Virus record (IMG/VR): IMGVR_UViG_3300031236_000004
Span: 11,606 to 75,605 of that record
From: a virus
Strand: one strand, 5' to 3'
Length of the DNA: 64,000 nucleotides
In this document: positions 63,795-64,000 of the stretch, in pieces
Numbering within the stretch: position 1 is the first letter of the stretch
How the letters are laid out: each line of letters opens with the position of its first letter
Position numbers and translations under genes: made by a program
Notes under the pieces: generated by a model
What the model saw: the letters and a program-made list of their open reading frames with translations, nothing else
What the model was told of the DNA's origin: nothing
The model's database searches: none

Positions 63795-64000
63795 CTATTT
63801 TCCTCGGCAATGGCGCCATACACTGCACCAGCGTTCCGAGCACCACCAATTAGACGGATCAGTCATTCCAAACGTGCCCTGACCAATCGCTTTCGCTACG
63901 CCCTCGACGACCGCGACCGCGTGGGCCGCCATCTTGGCCGTGACCACGCCGGTGAGCTTCTCGTAGCGGGGGCGCGGGACCTTCGCCCGCCCCTTGACCA
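63795..64000 (-). CDS. C-terminus of a probable PD-(D/E)XK nuclease (partial)
   Basis: Open frame from window end to TAG at 63795; ends FGMTDPSNWWCSERWCSVWRHCRGK, a Cas4-like three-Cys tail. Confidence 0.55.
   Translation of the reverse strand, partial: VKGRAKVPRPRYEKLTGVVTAKMAAHAVAVVEGVAKAIGQGTFGMTDPSNWWCSERWCSVWRHCRGK

Noticed and set aside
63795-63866. Apparent second in-frame TAG before the HNH remnant, suggesting amber recoding
   Set aside because: The upstream frame is the natural Cys-rich C-terminus of another gene, so this TAG is a true stop.
1-64000. Many very long antisense or alternative-frame ORFs (e.g. 11176..14490, 26878..30393, 51688..54447, 51957..54587)
   Set aside because: Arg/Gly/Ala/Pro-rich shadows of real genes, expected from GC-rich codon bias. 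Only the last ~150 codons of 11176..14490 look real.

Overview
A 64-kb, ~70% GC segment of a large contractile-tailed (myovirus-like) phage genome. The window shows no capsid or portal gene, tRNA, rRNA, CRISPR array or integrase. Minus-strand blocks carry replication and nucleotide genes: class II RNR with three inteins and an in-frame amber codon, UDG-fold/PolA fusion, primase-ATPase fusion, DinG, RNase HII, RuvC, a DEDDh exonuclease, two PD-(D/E)XK nucleases, an AAA+/VWA pair and many small Cys-rich ORFs. These are interleaved with plus-strand genes: thyX, dNMP kinase, a tail chaperone with a -1 slippery site, tape measure, baseplate and fiber genes, and an intein-bearing terminase. Best leads: (1) a candidate phage regulon, a 15-bp motif GYYNGYNNNRTAAAC at nine gene junctions, with two odd sigma factors (one with a tandem duplicated region 4, one coupled inside the baseplate operon); (2) a terminase-neighbourhood protein in which 11 of 13 lysines are K-x-A, a possible protease-processing code; (3) an amber-split RNR; (4) an orphan MtrA-like domain; (5) apparently catalytically dead M23 and UDG folds; (6) a Gln-terminated terminase intein. 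All family calls come from reading motifs by eye; no database searches were run.
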